NCBI GenBank assembly: GCA_021734995.1
Contig: JAIPHX010000005.1
Coordinates: forward strand, 4,099 to 68,098
Origin: Minisyncoccota bacterium
GTDB taxonomy: Bacteria; Patescibacteriota; Minisyncoccia; Phycocordibacterales; UBA9973
Direction of reading: 5' to 3'
Length of the DNA: 64,000 bases
Below, in pieces: positions 10,009 to 20,191 of this stretch. Position numbers and translations under genes: made by a program. Below the pieces are notes generated by a model. The model was given only the letters and a program-made list of their open reading frames with translations. It was not told where the DNA came from and did no database searches. Positions within the stretch are counted from its first letter, which is position 1. Every line of letters starts with the position of its first letter.

Positions 10009-11760
10009 TTAAATAGTTTTGTTTCTAATCTCTTCTTGAAGTCTTTGTATAAAAGCATTGTTGTCCATACCTTCTAGTTTTTCTCCATTTCGTGTCTCTA
10101 TTGTAAGAGTTTCACTTTCCATTTCTTTGTCACCAATTACTATTAAGTAAGGGATTTTTTGCATTTTAGCTTCACGGATTTTCTTTCCAAGAGTTTCTGA
10201 GGATTCATCTATTTCTGCACGGATATTATTGTCCAGCATTTCTTGAAGTATTTTTTGAGCATACACAGAGTGTTTGTCTGTGGAGATAGGTAGAATTTTT
10301 ACTTGTACAGGAGACAGCCAAAGAGGGAAGTTTCCTGCGTAGTGTTCAATCATTACTCCTAAAAATCTTTCAGTTGAACCCAATATTGCTCTATGAATAA
10401 CTACCGGTCTTTCTTTTTTACTTTCATTTGAAATATATTCAAGTTCAAATTTTTCAGGCAAATTAAAATCAAGTTGGATAGTAGACAGTTGCCACTCTCT
10501 ACCAATGGCATCTTTAAACATAAAGTCTAATTTTGGTCCATAAAAAGCAGCTTCATTTTCTGCTTCTTCATATTTCCAGCCCGTACTTTTCACTATCTCT
10601 CGTAAAGCATTTTCAGCAGTATTCCAGACTTTGTCGTCTCCTAAATATTTAGATTTGTCTTGTGAATCACGAAGAGATATTCTTACATAGAAATCATTTA
10701 AGCCAAATGCTTTGTAAACATCCTTGATCATATCTAGAATCACTTCTATTTCTTTTTTGATTTGACTCTCTGCACAGAAAATATGACAATCATCTTGGGT
10801 AAGAGCTCTTACTCGAGTTAGGCCTGATAGTTCTCCTGATTTTTCATAACGATAATTAGTAGTAGTACAAGTGTATCTTAAAGGTAAATCTCTGTATGAG
10901 TGTGGAAGTGTTTTGTAAAGCATCATAAAATGAGGGCAGTTCATTGGTTTTAGATAATAGTCATTTTCATCTATCTTCATTGGGGAATACATCGCGTCAT
11001 ATTTATCTAGATGACCAGATACTTTGTATAGTTCTCCTTTAGTAATATGAGGAATCCAAATATCTTTATAACCTCTTTTTGTTTGCTCTTCGCTAATAAA
11101 ATTTTCTACCATCTTTCTTAAAATAGTTCCTTTGGGATAAAAAAGAGGTAGCCCTGGACCAATTTCATCAATAATAGTAAAGAGTCCCATTTCTTTTCCT
11201 ATCTTTCGATGGTCTCTTTTTAGAGCTTCTTCTTTTTGTATTAAATAAGCATCTAGTTCCTCTTTTGATTCAAAAGCAAGTCCATAAATACGAGTTAGCA
11301 TTTTGTTCTTCTCATCTCCACGCCAATATGCACCAGCTATCCGGTCTAGCTTGAAGATACCTGCTCGGATTTCTTTGTTTGGATTTTCCAAATGTCCACC
11401 TCTACATAAGTCAGTAAAATTTCCAGCGGTATAAAAAGTAATTTTTTCTCCCTTCTCGGCAATTTCTTCTATAAGCTCAATCTTGTATGGATTATTTTTA
11501 AAATAGTCTTTTGCTTCATTAACACTTTTTTCTTCATGTGCAAAAGTATTCCAATCTTTTAATAAAGCCAACATTTTTTTCTCAATAGTCTCTAAATCTT
11601 TATCTGATATTGGAGATTCAAAATCAAAGTCATAATAAAAGCCATTATCTATGGCTGGCCCAATACTATTTTTTGTATTTGGATAAATTTCTAAAACAGC
11701 ACTTGCTAAAAGGTGAGCAAGAGTGTGTCTTAGATTGTGTAATTTTTGTTCTTTCTCCAT
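10009..11760 (-). CDS. thrS: Threonine-tRNA ligase
   Basis: HTLAHLLA, DLCRGGH, RDHRKIG, LKPMNCP, GLTRVR, AAFYGPKLD, HRAILGS. Confidence 0.98.
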   Translation of the reverse strand: MEKEQKLHNLRHTLAHLLASAVLEIYPNTKNSIGPAIDNGFYYDFDFESPISDKDLETIEKKMLALLKDWNTFAHEEKSVNEAKDYFKNNPYKIELIEEIAEKGEKITFYTAGNFTDLCRGGHLENPNKEIRAGIFKLDRIAGAYWRGDEKNKMLTRIYGLAFESKEELDAYLIQKEEALKRDHRKIGKEMGLFTIIDEIGPGLPLFYPKGTILRKMVENFISEEQTKRGYKDIWIPHITKGELYKVSGHLDKYDAMYSPMKIDENDYYLKPMNCPHFMMLYKTLPHSYRDLPLRYTCTTTNYRYEKSGELSGLTRVRALTQDDCHIFCAESQIKKEIEVILDMIKDVYKAFGLNDFYVRISLRDSQDKSKYLGDDKVWNTAENALREIVKSTGWKYEEAENEAAFYGPKLDFMFKDAIGREWQLSTIQLDFNLPEKFELEYISNESKKERPVVIHRAILGSTERFLGVMIEHYAGNFPLWLSPVQVKILPISTDKHSVYAQKILQEMLDNNIRAEIDESSETLGKKIREAKMQKIPYLIVIGDKEMESETLTIETRNGEKLEGMDNNAFIQRLQEEIRNKTI

Positions 11761-11786
11761 TTTGTTTTTTTTGTTTATTGATAATA

Positions 11787-11966
11787 TAAAACATAAAATC
11801 GCCCCAACGAAAACGAATAAAATTCATTTCCATTGGGGCGATGTTAAAGTCGCGGTTCCACCCAAATTTGTTCTCTTTTTGTTTGTACGGGTTAGCCGAA
11901 TCAATCGGTCTTCTTTTTGTGTAAAAGATTATGGTTGGTAGCCACAACAATCTCCGTATGTCTTTA
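11787..11966 (-). promoter_or_regulatory. T-box riboswitch leader of thrS (atypical short stem I)
   Basis: Minus strand AATTTGGGTGGAACCGCG T-box; antiterminator GGG-TGGAACC-GCGA...TCGC-CCC; competing terminator ATCGCCCCAA...TTGGGGCGAT plus U-tract; ACC (Thr) triplets in the upstream hairpin. Confidence 0.85.
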
Positions 11967-12048
11967 TATAGTATCATTTTTTATAAAGGAAAACAATTAG
12001 GATACTACAAGTTGCTTTTTGTCTTATATATGCTAATATAAGCTTGTT

Positions 12049-12276
12049 ATGGTAGTACGAATGCGACATACAAAATCTCATACGAAAAACAGACGATCTC
12101 ATCATGGACTGAAGAGCGATACTTTGTTTGTTTGCGACAATTGTAAAGCCCCTAAAAAAGGCCACACTGTTTGCGCATCTTGTGGTGTTTATAGAGGTAA
12201 GAAAATATTAGACTTAGTAAAAAAGGCTGAAAAAAAACAAAAGAAACAAAAAGCCAAAAAGGCTGAAACAAAATAA
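12049..12276 (+). CDS. rpmF: 50S ribosomal protein L32 (Zn-ribbon form)
   Basis: RRSHH...CDNC...HTVCASCGVY. Confidence 0.95.
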   Translation: MVVRMRHTKSHTKNRRSHHGLKSDTLFVCDNCKAPKKGHTVCASCGVYRGKKILDLVKKAEKKQKKQKAKKAETK

Positions 12277-12310
12277 ACCTTCTTTGGCCTGAATAATATA
12301 GATTAGTATA

Positions 12311-13252
12311 ATGGCAAACAGGCACCTTTCTAGATCAATAGTTCTCCAAACTCTCTTTGAATGGGATTTTATGAATGAGAGTGATAATACCGAGGTACAA
12401 AACCCTCGTGAAATTCTTGTGCGCAATATTGATGAATTTGCTCCAGATCTTAAAAATGATCCTTTTGTTTTTGCCTTGATTGAAAATATATTAGTGAAGC
12501 AAAAAGTGATTGATGAGATAATAGAAAAAGCTGCACCTGAATGGCCAATCCAAAAAATCTCTGTAGTAGATAGAAATATTATTCGTATTGGTCTTACAGA
12601 ACTTTTGTTTGGTGATGATTTACAGGTGCCACCCAAAGTAGCTATCAATGAATCTATAGAATTAGCAAAAACTTTTGGAGGAGAAAATTCTAGTAAATTT
12701 GTAAACGGAGTGCTTGGAGCAGTGTACAAAGAAATGGGAGAACCTCGTAAAGAAGAAAAAAGCAAAAGCAGAGAAAAGGACAATAAAGAAGTAGACATAA
12801 CTACATTACCAGTAGAAAATTATGGAGGGGCTCTAATTTACACCAAAAATGCTCCTATTGATGAAGAATCAAATTCAAAAGAACAAATAATGTTTGCTTT
12901 GGTGCACGATGTGTTTGGTTATTGGACTCTTTCTAAAGGCTCTGTCAAAGCAGACGAAGATGTGCAGGCGGGTACTATTAGAGAGATAAAAGATGAAACT
13001 GGTCTTGATATTACTATTAAAGAAAAATTGGGAGAAAATCAATATGTTGCCAACCACCCAGAAAAAGGAAAGATTCTAAAAAAAGTTACTTATTTTTTGG
13101 CAGAGAGTGATTATAAAGAGCTTGAATTGCAAACCTCAGGAGGTCTTGATGAAGCTAGATGGTTTAGAATATCAGAAATTGCCAACTTGAGATTTTACAA
13201 TGATATTGTACCGTTGGTGACATCTGCTTTAGAAATTATTAGTAAAAAATAA
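12311..13252 (+). CDS. nusB: NusB fused to a C-terminal Nudix hydrolase domain
   Basis: NusB motifs DRNIIRIG, VAINESIELAKTFG, FVNGVLG; Nudix box GSVKADEDVQAGTIREIKDETGL. Confidence 0.92.
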   Translation: MANRHLSRSIVLQTLFEWDFMNESDNTEVQNPREILVRNIDEFAPDLKNDPFVFALIENILVKQKVIDEIIEKAAPEWPIQKISVVDRNIIRIGLTELLFGDDLQVPPKVAINESIELAKTFGGENSSKFVNGVLGAVYKEMGEPRKEEKSKSREKDNKEVDITTLPVENYGGALIYTKNAPIDEESNSKEQIMFALVHDVFGYWTLSKGSVKADEDVQAGTIREIKDETGLDITIKEKLGENQYVANHPEKGKILKKVTYFLAESDYKELELQTSGGLDEARWFRISEIANLRFYNDIVPLVTSALEIISKK

Positions 13253-13258
13253 AAATAT

Positions 13259-13954
13259 ATGGTTAGTTTTACAGAATTTGAAAAAGCAACAGGAATAAAT
13301 TTTAAAGATAAAGATTTATTAAAACAATCTTTTATTCATCGTTCATACATAAATGAAAACCCTGGTTCCAAATTATCACACAATGAAAGGTTGGAGTTTT
13401 TGGGTGATGCTGTACTTGAGTTGGTGGTAACTGATTTTTTGTATAAAAAATATCCTACATATTCTGAAGGGGATTTGACTGCAGTAAGATCTGCCTTGGT
13501 AAATGCTGTGATTATTTCAAAAGTAGCCTCAGATTTGGGAATGAATGAATACTTACTTCTTTCAAAAGGAGAATCAAAAGATAAAGGGAAAGCACGCCAA
13601 TATATTTTGGCAAATACTTATGAGGCTTATGTAGGAGCAGTATATCTTGATCAAGGTTATAAAATTGCTGAGAAGTTTATCACAGAGAATCTTCTTTCAT
13701 ATACAGAAGAAATTATTTCAAAGAAACTTTGGCGTGATGCAAAGAGTTTAGCACAAGAAAAAGCCCAAGAAGAGCTAGGAGTAACTCCATCATATCGGGT
13801 ATTGCACGAATCTGGCCCAGATCATGATAAGCATTTTACTGTCGGAATATATTTTGGAAATACTTTAGCAGGGGAAGGAAAAGGAAAATCTAAACAAGAA
13901 GCAGAACAAAAATCAGCTGAATCAGCATTAAAAGCTAAAAATTGGCTTGAATAA
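13259..13954 (+). CDS. rnc: Ribonuclease III
   Basis: HNERLEFLGDAVL; C-terminal dsRBD (GPDHDKHF, GKSKQEAEQ). Confidence 0.98.
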   Translation: MVSFTEFEKATGINFKDKDLLKQSFIHRSYINENPGSKLSHNERLEFLGDAVLELVVTDFLYKKYPTYSEGDLTAVRSALVNAVIISKVASDLGMNEYLLLSKGESKDKGKARQYILANTYEAYVGAVYLDQGYKIAEKFITENLLSYTEEIISKKLWRDAKSLAQEKAQEELGVTPSYRVLHESGPDHDKHFTVGIYFGNTLAGEGKGKSKQEAEQKSAESALKAKNWLE

Positions 13955-13955
13955 T

Positions 13956-16187
13956 ATGCGATTACAAAGTCTAGTTATAAACGGATTTAAATCTTTTGCC
14001 AAGAAGACTAGTCTTGTGTTTGAAAGTCCCATTGTATGCGTAGTAGGCCCCAATGGTTCTGGAAAATCCAACGTGTTAGAGGCTATTCGTTTTGTGCTTG
14101 GAGAACAATCTATGAAATCTATGCGTGGACGATCTGGAAGTGATATGGTTTTTAAAGGTTCTAAAAATTTATCCAAAGGCTCAAAAGCAGAGGTTTCTAT
14201 CTATTTTGACAACAAAGACAATGTCTTCAAAATGCCAAACGAAGAGGGGGAAAGTATTTCTCTTGATTTTGATACGGTATCTATTTCCCGCGAAGTATAT
14301 ACCGACGGTATGAACAAGTATGTTTTAAATGATTCTGAAGTTAGACTTAAAGACATAAATGCACTTTTGGCTTCTGTAAATATTGGTTCTTCTGGTCATC
14401 ATATTATTTCTCAAGGTGAAGCAGACAGAATTTTGAATGCAAATTCGAGAGAGCGAAAAGAAATGATTGAAGATGCTCTTGGTCTCAAAATTTATCAATA
14501 CAAGATTAAAGATACTGAAAGAAAATTAGAAAAAACAGGTATAAACATGCAAGAAGTATCTATGCTTCGTAGAGAAAATGCTCCGCATCTAAATTTTCTA
14601 AAAAAACAAGTAGAAAAAATAGAAAAAGCAACAGAAATGTCAGAAGAGCTTTTTGGTCTGTATTTAGAATATCTAAAAAAAGAAAATATTTTGATTGGGA
14701 CTGAGTATTCAAAACTTTCAGCAGAAAAAAAAGAAATAGACACTGAGCTGAAAGATTTAGAAGGAAAAATACAAGAAGTAGAAGATATTGCAGAGGGGAA
14801 TGGAGAGGATATCCAAGCTCTTTCTGTTTTGGAAAATAAAGTGATGGATATTCGTCGCCTAAAGAGTGAAATGGAAAGAAAGCTTGGTAGGGTAGAAGGA
14901 ATGATGGAAGCTGAGATAGAAAGAAGTAAAAAAATAGATGAAAGAATAGCAGTGGATCCATTAGAAGCACAAAAAGCTTTATTTGACCTAGATAAAATAG
15001 TAGAAGAGGCGATTAGTACAGAAAGTATTGAGGATATTAAGATTATTTTGGAGAGAATAAAAAATATTTTAAAAAGTGTTTTACATAAGGAAATTTCTGT
15101 TTCGAATGATTACTCCAACCAGATTGCTACCCTAGAAGAAAGTAAAAAAAGTATTTTAGTAGAAATAGATAATCTAACTAAAGAAGAAAATAACCTATCT
15201 GCTACTGTTCTAAATATGCGTCAAGAAAATAGAGAAAAAATGGAAGCAATGCGAGAAAAAGAAAAAGAAAAGTTTGGATTAAAGGTGAGACATCAAGAGT
15301 TGGTCTCAGCTCTCGGAGTTATTAATCTAAAAGAAGAAAATTTATCTAAAAGAAAAGAAGATTTTGAAAATGAAATTAAAGAAGGAAGGCCTTTGGTAGG
15401 GGAAAGGATTCATTCTTTTGAAGACTTTGAAATAAATGTAGAAAATAATCTTTCTAATAATACACAAGAAGAGTTGAAAAGAAGAATTGAGAGAATAAAA
15501 ATAAAACTTGAAGATGCCGGATTGGCTGGGAGTGGGGATGTAATGAAGGAATACAAAGAAGCTACTGAAAGAGATGTTTTTCTTTTGAGAGAGATGGAAG
15601 ATTTGGCAAATAGTATTGAATCCTTAAAAAAATTAATGGTGGATTTAAAAGAAAAGATAGATACAGAGTTTAAAGAAGGAGTACGAAAGATTAATAAAGA
15701 ATTTCAAGAATTATTTGTCAAAATGTTTGGTGGAGGAACCGCTTCTTTGCAAGTAGTAATGCAAAGTAGAAATAAAACCATAGCTGATGTAGAAAATGAA
15801 GATAATACAGATGAAGAAGAGATTGTGTTTGAGCAAGGAGTAGATATCAATGTTTCTTTGCCACACAAAAAAGTAAAAGAACTTCATGCTTTGTCGGGGG
15901 GCGAAAGATCTCTTACTTCTATTGCACTACTTTTTGCGATGTCTCAAGTAAACCCACCACCATTTTTGGTATTAGATGAGACTGACGCCGCTTTAGATGA
16001 ATCAAATTCTCGTAAATATGGAGATATGCTTGAGATATTATCTAAGCATTCACAATTGATTGTGATTACTCACAACAGAGAGACAATGTCTCGTGCAGGA
16101 GTTCTTTATGGAGTTACTATTGGAGCTGATGGAGCTTCAAAGCTTCTTTCTGTTAGATTTGATGAAGCAGTAGCTATTGCGAAATAG
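13956..16187 (+). CDS. smc: Short SMC-family ATPase (~743 aa)
   Basis: GFKSF, Walker A GPNGSGKSN, Q-loop ISQGE, LSGGE, LDETDAALD, ITHN; follows rnc as in the usual rnc-smc context. Confidence 0.85.
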   Translation: MRLQSLVINGFKSFAKKTSLVFESPIVCVVGPNGSGKSNVLEAIRFVLGEQSMKSMRGRSGSDMVFKGSKNLSKGSKAEVSIYFDNKDNVFKMPNEEGESISLDFDTVSISREVYTDGMNKYVLNDSEVRLKDINALLASVNIGSSGHHIISQGEADRILNANSRERKEMIEDALGLKIYQYKIKDTERKLEKTGINMQEVSMLRRENAPHLNFLKKQVEKIEKATEMSEELFGLYLEYLKKENILIGTEYSKLSAEKKEIDTELKDLEGKIQEVEDIAEGNGEDIQALSVLENKVMDIRRLKSEMERKLGRVEGMMEAEIERSKKIDERIAVDPLEAQKALFDLDKIVEEAISTESIEDIKIILERIKNILKSVLHKEISVSNDYSNQIATLEESKKSILVEIDNLTKEENNLSATVLNMRQENREKMEAMREKEKEKFGLKVRHQELVSALGVINLKEENLSKRKEDFENEIKEGRPLVGERIHSFEDFEINVENNLSNNTQEELKRRIERIKIKLEDAGLAGSGDVMKEYKEATERDVFLLREMEDLANSIESLKKLMVDLKEKIDTEFKEGVRKINKEFQELFVKMFGGGTASLQVVMQSRNKTIADVENEDNTDEEEIVFEQGVDINVSLPHKKVKELHALSGGERSLTSIALLFAMSQVNPPPFLVLDETDAALDESNSRKYGDMLEILSKHSQLIVITHNRETMSRAGVLYGVTIGADGASKLLSVRFDEAVAIAK

Positions 16188-16227
16188 TACATTTTAGGAA
16201 ATGTTTTTATAAACTATTTTTTTAGAT

Positions 16228-18138
16228 TTAATTACTTTTTTCCTTAGGAATTTCTATTTTTGTAGTCTTTAATATTTTAAATTTTATTTCTTCTTCTTTG
16301 CCGAGTATTACTTTATCTGGCTTGAAGGTCTTGTCTAACTTTACTACATTTTTTTGAGTACCAATATCACCGTTACGCCATAGTTTTATTTGAAGCAACA
16401 TTCCTTGCATTGTATTTTCTGAAAATCCTTGATCAAAAATAAAATTACCCATAGAATAAGCAATAAAACCATCTTTATATTTTTCAGTGTCCTGCATTAC
16501 ATGTGGGTGATGGCCTATTACCAACTTCGCTCCATTGTCTATTGCTTTATGAGCGAGGTATTCTTGCCTAGTATTGTGAATGATTTTATATTCATCCCCA
16601 AAATGGAAAGATACTATCAAATGATCCACTTTGGTAGAAGCATTTTTTATTATTTCACCAAATCTAGTGTCTTTCGCTAATAGTATTCCAGCATTTTCAT
16701 TTACCCCAAGCCAATCTGGTCCTACATCAGAAAAACCCAAGTAACCAATTTTCATACCATATTTTTCTATAATGACAGGTTCTTCTGCTTCTTGTCTATT
16801 TGTGCCACCACCTGTGTAATATATCTCATTTTCTTTTAGTCTCTTTAGAGTGTCCACAAAAGCATCTCTTCCCCAGTCTCCAGCATGATTGTTGGCTACG
16901 GATAAAACATCAATACCAGAACTTTTAATTGCAGGGATAGTTTCAGGATTCATTCTAAATGAATACAAATTTCTGCGGTCTATTCCTTGGTCTGAGGCTG
17001 GTCCTTCTAGGTTGGCAAATGTAATATCAGCTTCTTTTAAAATATTTAGATTTTCAAATAATTCTGCATAGTCTCCATTCATATTTTTGTTTACAGAATT
17101 TTTTACTCCTCTATCAAGCATCATATCTCCAGCAAATAAAAGAGTAACAAAATCTGGTTCTTTTATATGAGGAACACCAGCCCTTTCCATGACCCATATA
17201 GAGCTTGCATCTTTTTTACCACCATAGTAAATATTATTTTTTAAAAAGTTTAATATTCTCTCTACATCTTTATATCGGTCATTACTTTGTAGTAATGCTA
17301 TTGCGACATTTCTATTTCCATTTTCTGATAGGGGAATGGAAAACAAAGACACAACAGTCTCTTTCGCTGGATCAGTATAGCCACTTTTTCCTCCCAAATA
17401 ACCTTCTTTTGTTAAAAATTGATTATTGCTAAACCAACTATGTATTTTATTATTGAAATTTCTTTGAGTAGTTATTTTAAACAAATCAGATGCTTCGTTG
17501 TGTAAATATCCTACAAGTTTAAAAAGATCAAAAGCTGTAGATTGATTGTCTTTGGATAGTCCACTTGGATCTTTGAAATATGTGTCAGTTAGCTCTATTT
17601 TTTCGGCTACTTGATTCATTTTGCTTAAGAAATTTTCTCTATTGAAATGTTCTGCCAATATTTCTGATGCGTCGTTGCTAGATTCAAGTAATAAAGCATA
17701 CAATAAATCATTTGTTTTTATTTTCTCCCCAACTCTAAAATTTCCGTTTTTTCCATAAGTATCTAGTGCTCTTTTTGTGGCAGTAGCAACATCTTTTTCG
17801 TCTGATAGCTCTTTTGCTACATAAGCTGTCATTACTTTTGATACAGAAGCTATTGGGTGCCTATCTTTTTCATTTTTAGAGATTATTACCTCACCTGTGT
17901 CTAAATCTCCCACTAAATATGCTTTAGCCGATACTTTTAATTCATTACTAGGTTCTTTTACAAAATAGTATTTAGGAGTTTCTACTTTTGTGGCTTCTAC
18001 TACATTGGCTTCTACTGAAATATCTTTCTTATCTAAATTTTTGATGTACTCTATCCCATAAAAAGCTCCTGACATCAGACCTGCTCCAAATAAAAAGGAA
18101 AATAATATAAAAAATGTATATTTTAATTTTAATTTCAT
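16228..18138 (-). CDS. D-alanyl-D-alanine carboxypeptidase (peptidase S11) fused to a CapA/PGA_cap metallophosphoesterase domain, N-terminal membrane anchor
   Basis: SVSK, SSN and KSG PBP motifs; GDMM, NLEGP, ANNHAGD, HFGDEY, GHHPHV, YSMGNFIFDQ. Confidence 0.88.
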   Translation of the reverse strand: MKLKLKYTFFILFSFLFGAGLMSGAFYGIEYIKNLDKKDISVEANVVEATKVETPKYYFVKEPSNELKVSAKAYLVGDLDTGEVIISKNEKDRHPIASVSKVMTAYVAKELSDEKDVATATKRALDTYGKNGNFRVGEKIKTNDLLYALLLESSNDASEILAEHFNRENFLSKMNQVAEKIELTDTYFKDPSGLSKDNQSTAFDLFKLVGYLHNEASDLFKITTQRNFNNKIHSWFSNNQFLTKEGYLGGKSGYTDPAKETVVSLFSIPLSENGNRNVAIALLQSNDRYKDVERILNFLKNNIYYGGKKDASSIWVMERAGVPHIKEPDFVTLLFAGDMMLDRGVKNSVNKNMNGDYAELFENLNILKEADITFANLEGPASDQGIDRRNLYSFRMNPETIPAIKSSGIDVLSVANNHAGDWGRDAFVDTLKRLKENEIYYTGGGTNRQEAEEPVIIEKYGMKIGYLGFSDVGPDWLGVNENAGILLAKDTRFGEIIKNASTKVDHLIVSFHFGDEYKIIHNTRQEYLAHKAIDNGAKLVIGHHPHVMQDTEKYKDGFIAYSMGNFIFDQGFSENTMQGMLLQIKLWRNGDIGTQKNVVKLDKTFKPDKVILGKEEEIKFKILKTTKIEIPKEKSN

Positions 18139-18145
18139 AAAAAAT

Positions 18146-20134
18146 TTATGCCAACAAATAATCTATTGTTTTTCTTTCTAAATCCACCTTCCTTACTTTT
18201 ATCTTTATTGTATCACCAAGTCTGTAACTTTTCTTCTTTTTCTCTCCCACTAATTTCATTTTACGTTCATCAAATACATAAAAATCATCATGTAATTCTC
18301 GGACACTTATAAGTCCTTCGCATTTTGTTTCTTTTTCTTCTACATATATACCCCATTCTTTAATACCACTTATTATACCTTCAAATTTTTTACCAATTCT
18401 TTGAGACATATATTCTACTTGTTTATATTTTATAGAGGCTCTTTCTGCATCGGATGCTCTTTTTTCTTGCTCTGAAGATTTTCTAGAGATTTCTTCATAC
18501 TCTTTCATTTTTTCTGTTTTTATTTTTTCTCCAGATAAATAAGCTTCCAACATTCTGTGTACAATTATATCAGGATATCTCCTAATAGGAGATGTAAAAT
18601 GTGTATAATAGTTGAATGCCAAACCATAGTGCCCAATATTTTTTGTTGAATATACTGCTTTTGCCATAGAACGAATAACCGCTTTGTGTACAGCGTCCTT
18701 TTCATCTTTACCAGATAATTCTTCTAAAATAGTATTTATCTCTTTACTAGGAATTAATCCATTTTTTAGACTTACTTTGTATCCAATACTTGTCAAAAAA
18801 GAAAATAAATCTGCCATCTTTTCTTCGCTTGGTTTGTCGTGTATTCTATATACAAATACACCTTTTTCTCCATTTTTTTTGTTTGTAGAATTTGAGACTT
18901 TCTCAGCCACTTTTCTATTTGCTAATAGCATAAACTCTTCTATTAGTCGGTTGGAATCTCCTCGTGTTTTCTTGACTACCTTTAATGGAAAACCATTACT
19001 GTCTAGAACAAATTTTACTTCTTCTTGGTCTAGTGATATTGCTCCTTTTTCAAATCTTTCTTTGGTGAGTTTTTTTGCAATTTTATTTAAAAAAGAAAGC
19101 TCCGAATGTAAGTAAGCATTTTTGTTTTTTATAGAGACCTCTGCTTCCTCATAGGTAAATCTTTTTTGAGAATGGATGATTGTTTTTCCATACCATTCAT
19201 TTTTTACATTTCCATTTTGATTCATTACAAAGACAGCACTCATTGTAAGTCTATCTTTGTCAGGCATTAAGGAACATAAGTCATTGGATAGATTTTCTGG
19301 TAACATTGGAATTGTTCGATCCACTAAATACACTGAAGTTCCTCTGTTTCTAGCTTCAATATCAAGTTGGCTGTCTTTTTTTACATAGTGTGACACATCT
19401 GCAATATGAATACCTATTTCGTATTCATCTTCATTTATTTTTTTGAAAGATATAGCATCATCAAAATCTTTTGCATCGTTTGGGTCTATTGTGAAAGTTA
19501 GAGTTCCTCTAAAATCTTTTCTGCCAGCGAAATCGTTTTTTGTGATACCTGTGTTCTTTATTTTTTCAGCTTCTATCTCTGCTTCTTTTGAAAGATTGAA
19601 AGCAAAGCCTTTTTCTAAAGAGATTGCGTGCATTTCTGTCTCGTTTGTTCCAGGTTTTCCAATCACTTTATCTATCCTACCTTCCGGTAATTTTTTTGGA
19701 TCCTTCCAGTAAGTGATCGTCCCAAATACTTTCTCACCATTCTTTGCCCCATTTAAAGATTTTTCAGGAATGAGTATATCAATATACATTTTTGAATCAT
19801 CAGGGTGAAGATAAAAAAGATCTTTTTCTTTTTCTAATATCCCCACAAAACTATTTTTATATCTATTTAATATTTCAATAACTTCTCCTTTTGGTTTTTC
19901 GCCTTTCTTGGGAAAAATAACAAAAGACACAAGATCCCCATTTAGAGCAGTATTTAAATAAATAGACTCTATTTCAACATCATTTCCTGTTTCTGTTTTA
20001 ATAAAGCCGACACCTTTTGAATTTAGGTTTATTACACCTTCAGATTTGTTTGTAAATAAAGGCTTATCATGTAGCCCTTTTTTGTGCTTGTAAGAAGACT
20101 CTTTTTGATGCTTATTTTTTGTATTATTTTTCAT
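18146..20134 (-). CDS. rnr: Ribonuclease R
   Basis: TIDPNDAKDFDDA, HIADVSHYV, IEEFMLLAN, YTHFTSPIRRYPD, C-terminal S1 domain. Confidence 0.96.
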   Translation of the reverse strand: MKNNTKNKHQKESSYKHKKGLHDKPLFTNKSEGVINLNSKGVGFIKTETGNDVEIESIYLNTALNGDLVSFVIFPKKGEKPKGEVIEILNRYKNSFVGILEKEKDLFYLHPDDSKMYIDILIPEKSLNGAKNGEKVFGTITYWKDPKKLPEGRIDKVIGKPGTNETEMHAISLEKGFAFNLSKEAEIEAEKIKNTGITKNDFAGRKDFRGTLTFTIDPNDAKDFDDAISFKKINEDEYEIGIHIADVSHYVKKDSQLDIEARNRGTSVYLVDRTIPMLPENLSNDLCSLMPDKDRLTMSAVFVMNQNGNVKNEWYGKTIIHSQKRFTYEEAEVSIKNKNAYLHSELSFLNKIAKKLTKERFEKGAISLDQEEVKFVLDSNGFPLKVVKKTRGDSNRLIEEFMLLANRKVAEKVSNSTNKKNGEKGVFVYRIHDKPSEEKMADLFSFLTSIGYKVSLKNGLIPSKEINTILEELSGKDEKDAVHKAVIRSMAKAVYSTKNIGHYGLAFNYYTHFTSPIRRYPDIIVHRMLEAYLSGEKIKTEKMKEYEEISRKSSEQEKRASDAERASIKYKQVEYMSQRIGKKFEGIISGIKEWGIYVEEKETKCEGLISVRELHDDFYVFDERKMKLVGEKKKKSYRLGDTIKIKVRKVDLERKTIDYLLA

Positions 20135-20191
20135 GCAATTTAAATATACCATAAAATTTGCCTTTTTATTGATTTATGTTAATATTGTCGT

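Noticed and set aside
11666-11977. ORFs of 103 aa (-) and 72 aa (+) upstream of thrS
   Set aside because: They overlap the T-box leader and the thrS start; the RNA structure explains the region.
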